From Minisyncoccota bacterium (GTDB taxonomy: Bacteria > Patescibacteriota > Minisyncoccia > Phycocordibacterales > UBA9973), in contig DASTLQ010000011.1 in the NCBI GenBank assembly GCA_035714785.1, positions 6,124 to 70,123 on the forward strand: 64,000 nt of DNA. Reading direction: 5' to 3'. The notes under the pieces are model-generated. The model was given only the letters and a program-made list of their open reading frames with translations. It was not told the DNA's origin and did no database searches. The position numbers were made by a program, and so were the translations under genes. Shown piece after piece: positions 58,677 to 64,000 of this stretch; within the stretch, counting starts at the first letter, position 1; the number at the start of each line of letters is the position of its first letter.

Positions 58677-59033
58677 ATGGTTGATCCCGAACTCATTTCG
58701 TACATAAGAAGCGCTATGTCAGAAGGACAGGCGAAAGAAAAAATCCTTGCAGATTTAGAGTCGCACGGGTGGGCAAAGGAAGAGATTGCTGAAGCATATA
58801 CTCGTATCGAGAATCCACTTGCTTTAGAAGTACCTGAAAGAGTTCCACACTTTAGAAAAGACCGTCCATTTCTATGGCTCAAAGTTTTAATTCCATTTCT
58901 TATTTTACTCGCGCTGATTTTTCTTGCAGTTCAATACTATTTTGAAGACGTAATGGTTTTTCTAGGTATTTCGCCTGAAGCGCTGGGGGAAATCATTGAC
59001 GAAAACCTTCAAATGCTCAAAAATTCTATCTAG
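58677..59033 (+). CDS. hypothetical single-pass membrane protein
   Basis: YIR....G...E.I...L...GW...EI.EAY N-terminal motif then TM. Confidence 0.7.
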   Translation: MVDPELISYIRSAMSEGQAKEKILADLESHGWAKEEIAEAYTRIENPLALEVPERVPHFRKDRPFLWLKVLIPFLILLALIFLAVQYYFEDVMVFLGISPEALGEIIDENLQMLKNSI

Positions 59034-59034
59034 G

Positions 59035-59054
59035 TGTAAGGGGTCCCCTTACCC
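59035..59054. repeat. family-1 core only
   Basis: TGTAAGGGGTCCCCTTAC between convergent stop codons. Confidence 0.9.
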
Positions 59055-59059
59055 CAGAC

Positions 59060-59806
59060 CTAGTGGGCGAGGGTGAAGGCGATGGTGCGGAGGGCGCCGG
59101 CTTCTAATAGAGTCTTCCGAGCTTCTTCAAGTGTAGCTCCCGTAGTGGTGACGTCATCAATCAAAATTACATTTCGGCCAGCGACTGATCGACCAAGGAC
59201 CGAACGATGCGCTCTAAATGTTCCCACAATGTTTCGCAAACGGAAGGATTTGTTTCTCGCCCGAGCTTGGTGTTCGTTGTCTACGACTTTTTGCAGCATA
59301 CCTGTACCGTCCTCCAGATATTTTTCGCCAAACCTAGTCCTATGTTCGCCGCTAAAACTCCCGCTAAAACTCCCGCCAACTTTTTTACCCAACCTCCCAC
59401 GAAACCTCCCTCCACCCCCAACCTCGAGAATCCCTTTCACTAAAATTTCACACTGATTGTATCCCCGTTCGCGCAACCTTTTGCGAGATAGGGGAATGGG
59501 CACCAATACTGGATTAGAGAAATTTTCAAGCAAAATAAGGTCAGAAAGTTCTTCCATCACCATCCCATTTAACCGTCCAGCAAAAATTTCCCCTAAAACC
59601 TTCTCATTTTTATACTTAAAAGACCGAATAGCTCTTTGAAGCCATGGATGCCGGTAGTCGTACAGCGAAAATACCCATTCCTTTGAGGGGTATCCGGGCG
59701 GAGGAATCCTGGATAGGCAAGGGGGACACAGCCGGGGGCCTTCGCGACGGCAAACCTGACATTTACCCCCAAAAATCAAGATTAAGATTGTGTTTAGTGT
59801 TCTCAT
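59060..59806 (-). CDS. comF: ComF family phosphoribosyltransferase-like competence protein
   Basis: CQVC..CPPC, VPIPL...R.RERGYNQ, LIDDVTTTGATL. Confidence 0.92.
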   Translation of the reverse strand: MRTLNTILILIFGGKCQVCRREGPRLCPPCLSRIPPPGYPSKEWVFSLYDYRHPWLQRAIRSFKYKNEKVLGEIFAGRLNGMVMEELSDLILLENFSNPVLVPIPLSRKRLRERGYNQCEILVKGILEVGGGGRFRGRLGKKVGGSFSGSFSGEHRTRFGEKYLEDGTGMLQKVVDNEHQARARNKSFRLRNIVGTFRAHRSVLGRSVAGRNVILIDDVTTTGATLEEARKTLLEAGALRTIAFTLAH

Positions 59807-59827
59807 ATATGGTACAATATTAGCACA

Positions 59828-60955
59828 ATGGATGATTCCCTTAAAAATTTATTGTCGAAAATAAATATCTTTAACTCTGGCTCGACAGATCGGGCTATTG
59901 GAGTGGATATTGGTTCTTCGGCAATCAAAGTTGTAGAAATAAAAAAGAAGGGAGGGAAAGCTAGCCTTGAGACCTATGGTGCTATTTCTCTTGGACCATA
60001 TGCAGAAGGAGACATGGGACAGGTGACAAATCTTCCTGCTGACAAGATTGCACAGGCTCTGACAGAAGTTCTAAAACAATCTGAGACTTCTACAAATGCC
60101 GCCGCTATTTCTATTCCTGTTCAATCCAGTCTTATTTTTTCTGTTGCGCTTCCGAGCAATATTAAAGACAGTGACCTTGCTAATATCATTCCGACTGAAG
60201 CAAGAAAATATATCCCAGTTCCTATCACCGAAGTATCGCTTGATTATTTTTCTCTCCCCACAAAAGAACCATCTTACGAGGAAGCAAACAATCCCGAGCT
60301 TGCGACTAACCCAGTAGAAAAAAAAGAAGTACTAGTGGTGGCTATTCAAAATGAAGCAGTTTCAAAATATCGCGCGCTTGCTACTTCAGCAGGTTTACAG
60401 GCATCCTTTTTTGAATTAGAAATTTTTTCATCTATCCGTTCAAATTTCGAACACGAACTTTCACTTGTGCTTTTGATGGATTTTGGAGCTTCTCGCACCA
60501 AGCTTTCATTGGTGGAATTCGGAATGGTAAAGGCGCACCACACAATAAACCGTGGGGGAGCAGACATCACGGACTCTATCTCAAAGTCTTTTTCAATTCC
60601 TTTTGCTAAAGCGGAAGAAATGAAGAAAGAATTCGGACTATTTGAAAATCCTGCAGAGAAAGACTTGTCTGATATCATTCGCGTGCACTTGGATTACATT
60701 TTCTCTGAAACTACAAAAGTGCTTTCAAACTACGAAAAGAAATATAATCAAACAATTAGTAAAGTCATCCTCACGGGAGGGGGTACAATGCTAAAAGGTT
60801 TACCAGAAGTGGCTCTCGGAAACTTCCGAGCAGAGGTGGAGATAGGCCGTCCGTTTGCAAAAGTGACTGCGCCCGCATTTTTGGATAAAGTCTTGACCGC
60901 TACTGGTCCAGAATTCGCCGTAGCGCTTGGTTTGGCATTGCGTAAATTACAATAA
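59828..60955 (+). CDS. pilM: type IV pilus assembly protein PilM
   Basis: GVDIGSSAIKVVE, EARKYIP, MDFGASRT, LTGGG, ALGLALR. Confidence 0.92.
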   Translation: MDDSLKNLLSKINIFNSGSTDRAIGVDIGSSAIKVVEIKKKGGKASLETYGAISLGPYAEGDMGQVTNLPADKIAQALTEVLKQSETSTNAAAISIPVQSSLIFSVALPSNIKDSDLANIIPTEARKYIPVPITEVSLDYFSLPTKEPSYEEANNPELATNPVEKKEVLVVAIQNEAVSKYRALATSAGLQASFFELEIFSSIRSNFEHELSLVLLMDFGASRTKLSLVEFGMVKAHHTINRGGADITDSISKSFSIPFAKAEEMKKEFGLFENPAEKDLSDIIRVHLDYIFSETTKVLSNYEKKYNQTISKVILTGGGTMLKGLPEVALGNFRAEVEIGRPFAKVTAPAFLDKVLTATGPEFAVALGLALRKLQ

Positions 60956-60982
60956 ATGAGATAATAGTATTAGTAGTACAAA

Positions 60983-61609
60983 ATGGAAACAAATTTTCAA
61001 ACTTCATTTATTCCAAAGAAGCCGATGGTTCCAGAGCGAACAGTAAAGTCCAAGCCTGTTGGTCTTTTAACCGTACTTTCTCTCTTGATTTTTTTCACCG
61101 CACTCATCTCCACAGTGGCCTTGTACTTGTACAAAGAAACTCTAGAAAAAAATATAGTTCGAATGGAAAATGACCTCAATCTCGCGAAAGCACGCTTTGA
61201 GCCAGAAAAAATTTCCCAATTAGGGCTTTTAAATAAAAGGTTGGAAGCAGGACAAGCAGTACTTAGCAAACACATAGCCATTTCTCCAATCTTCACAGCA
61301 CTTTCCAATGTAACAATGAAAAGTGTTCGATATACTAAATTTTCATACGGAATTGAAGGAGAGAGAGACGTAAAAGTAGTAGTAAAGCTCGAAGGAGTGG
61401 CGAGCGATTATCGCTCGGTTGCTCTTCAATCTGATCTATTTAGCTCAAGTAAATATTTCAAAGAAACTGTTTTTTCAGAATTGTCGCTGGATGAAAAAGG
61501 AAAAGTGAAATTCAATCTGACATTTTCAGTAGACCCTGTGTTTGTGGATTATCAGAAATTGGTCGAAGGAACTAACCTACCAGAGGGAACACCTTCCCTC
61601 ACAAACTAA
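60983..61609 (+). CDS. PilN-like protein
   Basis: N-terminal SFIPK motif, TM, coiled coil, LEGVASDY..VA.Q; follows pilM. Confidence 0.7.
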   Translation: METNFQTSFIPKKPMVPERTVKSKPVGLLTVLSLLIFFTALISTVALYLYKETLEKNIVRMENDLNLAKARFEPEKISQLGLLNKRLEAGQAVLSKHIAISPIFTALSNVTMKSVRYTKFSYGIEGERDVKVVVKLEGVASDYRSVALQSDLFSSSKYFKETVFSELSLDEKGKVKFNLTFSVDPVFVDYQKLVEGTNLPEGTPSLTN

Positions 61610-61610
61610 T

Positions 61611-62210
61611 ATGTTTAAACTTGCCATACCCGTCATACTAGTAGGAATTTCCGTCGCCCTCTTTTTAGGGTTTGCTAATCCGATGTATCAGGAAATAAAA
61701 GAAGCCAAAATTCTTTCTGCTTCATACAATGAAGCATTAGATAATTCTAAAAGTTTAGAAATGGAAAGAGACAAGCTCACAGCGAAATATAATACTATTG
61801 ATCCTGCAAACATCATGAAGCTCGAAAAGCTGATGCCAAACAACGTAGACAATATTCGCACGATTCTTGAGATTGAAAAGTTGGCCCTACCATACGGAAT
61901 GGTTTTGAAAGACGTGAAATATGACACAATAACGAAAGAAGAAACGGCAACAGGAACAGCTGGTAGCGAGACTGCTGAGGCTCGCCCAGGTTCAAGCCGA
62001 GATCCATACGGTACTTGGGACCTAGCTTTCTCTACGGAAGGCACCTATCCAAACTTTGTAAGTTTTCTGCAAGACCTGGAAAAAAATCTCCGTATAGTAG
62101 ATGTTTCTTCGATAGAATTTTCGGCCACAGATGCCGTAGGCATCAACCCAAATCTTCCGCAGGCTTATAAATATAGCTTTAAAATTAAGACATATTGGCT
62201 AAAGAATTAA
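61611..62210 (+). CDS. PilO-like protein
   Basis: TM, coiled coil, GTYPNFVSFLQDLEKNLRIVDV; operon position. Confidence 0.75.
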   Translation: MFKLAIPVILVGISVALFLGFANPMYQEIKEAKILSASYNEALDNSKSLEMERDKLTAKYNTIDPANIMKLEKLMPNNVDNIRTILEIEKLALPYGMVLKDVKYDTITKEETATGTAGSETAEARPGSSRDPYGTWDLAFSTEGTYPNFVSFLQDLEKNLRIVDVSSIEFSATDAVGINPNLPQAYKYSFKIKTYWLKN

Positions 62211-62211
62211 C

Positions 62212-62802
62212 ATGAGTCCTATACTAAAAAACATTCTAATATTTGTAGCAGGCGGAGCAATATTGTTCTTTGTATACACATATTTTTCAAATAAGGCCCC
62301 ACTTGAAGGAGAGCTTGTTTCATCGAATCCTGCTTTTGCGGGAGATTCTACTGGCCAGATCACTCAGGAATTTCTTTCTCTTCTTCTTTCCGTTCGAGGT
62401 ATAAAGTTGGATGACTCGATTTTTTCTGACAAAGCCTTTGGCTCTTTGCGAGATTCTAGCGTGGTCTTGATTCCTGATGGTAATGAAGGACGACCAAATC
62501 CATTTGCACCAATTGGTATAGACATAGCACCTGTCGTCCCTCCTCCAGCTACAACACCAGCAACTACTACACCTCCCGCAACTACGACGTCTCCAGCAAC
62601 CACTCCTACTTTACCTCAAGGAACACCAGGTTCTGCTTCTTCTACCACTACTACTCTAACTACCCCTAAACCTACTACTCCAGCTTCTACTTCTACTCCT
62701 CCTTCACCCCCAGGGTCTTCTACAGTACCGGACGCTACTCCCGAAGAACTATCTGCTCTTGGAGACGAACTTGATGCATTAGCAGGAGGGCTAGATGAAT
62801 AA
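62212..62802 (+). CDS. PilP-like membrane protein with Pro/Thr-rich tail
   Basis: TM, GRPNPFAP motif, low-complexity PATT tail. Confidence 0.55.
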   Translation: MSPILKNILIFVAGGAILFFVYTYFSNKAPLEGELVSSNPAFAGDSTGQITQEFLSLLLSVRGIKLDDSIFSDKAFGSLRDSSVVLIPDGNEGRPNPFAPIGIDIAPVVPPPATTPATTTPPATTTSPATTPTLPQGTPGSASSTTTTLTTPKPTTPASTSTPPSPPGSSTVPDATPEELSALGDELDALAGGLDE

Positions 62803-62808
62803 AATAAT

Positions 62809-64000
62809 ATGAGTTTTTTGGAAGAGCTGGCAAAAAAAGGCTTTATCAATCAAGGCCAAATAGATGACATAAAAATTTTGGCGCGTGACAAACACGCGGG
62901 GAATGTTGAAGAAGCATTAAAAGAGCTCGGCCTACCAGGCGACAAACTACTTGCTGTAAAAGGAGAGTATTTAAAAATTCCTGTTCGAAAAGTGAATACC
63001 GCTGAAATGTCTTTTGACGCGCTTAAATTTATCCCCGAGGATTCCGCTTCATACTATCATTTTGTTCCGATTGAGCTTAAAAATGGAGTGCTTGAGGTTG
63101 GAATTACGGATCCAGAAAATGTACAAGCGATGGATGCTCTTCAGTTTATTTCCGCAAAGTCAGGAGTGCCTTTTAAGGCATATTTGATTTCTCAAGAAGA
63201 CTATAAGACCATAATAGAAAGTTATAGAGGAATTACCAGTCAGGTAGAAGAAGCTCTCGAGGAGCTTGGTCAAGAAGAGAAAGAAACAAAAAGTTCTACG
63301 GAAGCAAAAACTCTCAGCAAGGAAATTAAAAAAGCAGGACAGGAAGAAGCAAAAATAGTTGAAGACGCTCCTGTCATAAAAATCGTGGCGGTGCTTCTAA
63401 AAAATGCTTTGAATGAAGGTGCATCGGACATCCACATAGAACACACCGGCGAGAAAGTGAAGGTGAGATTTCGTGTGGACGGTGTCTTGCGTACTGCCTT
63501 GGTATTGCCTCCAAACGTATACAACGGTATTGTGGCCCGGGTAAAAATTTTAGCAAAGCTACGATTGGACGAAAAACGAAAACCGCAAGACGGATCGTTT
63601 AGTACTGTAGTGGAAGAGAGAAAAATCGACTTCCGTGTTTCTACCATGCCATCTTACTATGGAGAAAAAGTGGTGATGCGTATTCTCGACGCCGAAAAAG
63701 GAGTGAAGGCGCTCGACCAGCTTGGTCTTTCAAAAAGAAATTTAAAAATTATTCGAGATGCTATCAATAAACCTTTCGGTTTGATTTTGATTACAGGTCC
63801 GACTGGATCCGGAAAATCTACCACTCTCTATTCCATGATGAATGAACTCGACAAAGAGGGCAACAATATTGTTTCTCTCGAAGATCCGGTTGAATACCAT
63901 ATGCCAGATATAAACCAGTCTCAGATGATGCCGGAGATCGGTTACACCTTTGCCTCGGGTCTGCGTTCTATTCTTCGACAAGACCCAGACGTGATCATGG
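62809..64000 (+). CDS. pilB: type IV pilus/T2SS assembly ATPase PilB/GspE (3' truncated; absent from the ORF track)
   Basis: open frame from ATG 62809 with ASDIHIE, RFRVDG, PQDG, TGPTGSGKSTTLY, LEDPVEY, LRQDPDVIM. Confidence 0.93.
   Translation, partial: MSFLEELAKKGFINQGQIDDIKILARDKHAGNVEEALKELGLPGDKLLAVKGEYLKIPVRKVNTAEMSFDALKFIPEDSASYYHFVPIELKNGVLEVGITDPENVQAMDALQFISAKSGVPFKAYLISQEDYKTIIESYRGITSQVEEALEELGQEEKETKSSTEAKTLSKEIKKAGQEEAKIVEDAPVIKIVAVLLKNALNEGASDIHIEHTGEKVKVRFRVDGVLRTALVLPPNVYNGIVARVKILAKLRLDEKRKPQDGSFSTVVEERKIDFRVSTMPSYYGEKVVMRILDAEKGVKALDQLGLSKRNLKIIRDAINKPFGLILITGPTGSGKSTTLYSMMNELDKEGNNIVSLEDPVEYHMPDINQSQMMPEIGYTFASGLRSILRQDPDVIM

Noticed and set aside
742-59054. Family-1 repeats as a CRISPR array
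   Set aside because: Copies are scattered over 58 kb in clusters of 1-3 with mixed orientation, have no regular unique spacers, and no cas genes are present.
1-64000. Alternative genetic code (UGA=Gly, as in Gracilibacteria/Absconditabacteria)
   Set aside because: Long genes are uninterrupted under table 11, and several end at TGA at their expected C-termini (rnhA, M16 peptidase, smpB).

Overview
This is 64 kb of a small-genome bacterium using translation table 11 (TGA is used as a stop). Gene content and style point to Patescibacteria/CPR, most likely Parcubacteria; this is inferred, with no rRNA to confirm it. The window is mostly housekeeping: pgk (partial), recJ, rnhA, split comEC, sod, glyA, tmk, dut, argS, ileS, recO, glyQS, metG, tatD, rpsF-ssb-rpsR-efp, recA, ftsK, gpmI, ndk, infC-rpmI-rplT, smpB, ftsH, recG, metK, comF and pilMNO-pilB. 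It also carries two large peptidoglycan-binding surface proteins and a stand-alone VirD4-like ATPase. RNA elements read from the sequence are tmRNA, a compact 6S-like RNA, tRNA-Ile(UAU), tRNA-Ser(GCU) and a SAM-I riboswitch. The most striking unexplained signal is a dispersed repeat family at 15 loci. It is built from a palindrome TGYAAGGGGWCCCCTTRCA joined at a fixed 2-bp spacing to perfect DnaA-box 9-mers (TTATCCACA; 22 perfect copies by manual count). It sits between genes, supplies stop codons, and has entered argS and comEC in frame. Other notable items are pervasive leaderless-type promoters, a histidine-phosphatase domain inside IleRS, and a frameshifted HTH/LAGLIDADG-like gene overlapping the tRNA-Ile(UAU). 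All counts were made by eye and all family calls rest on motif recognition, not database searches.
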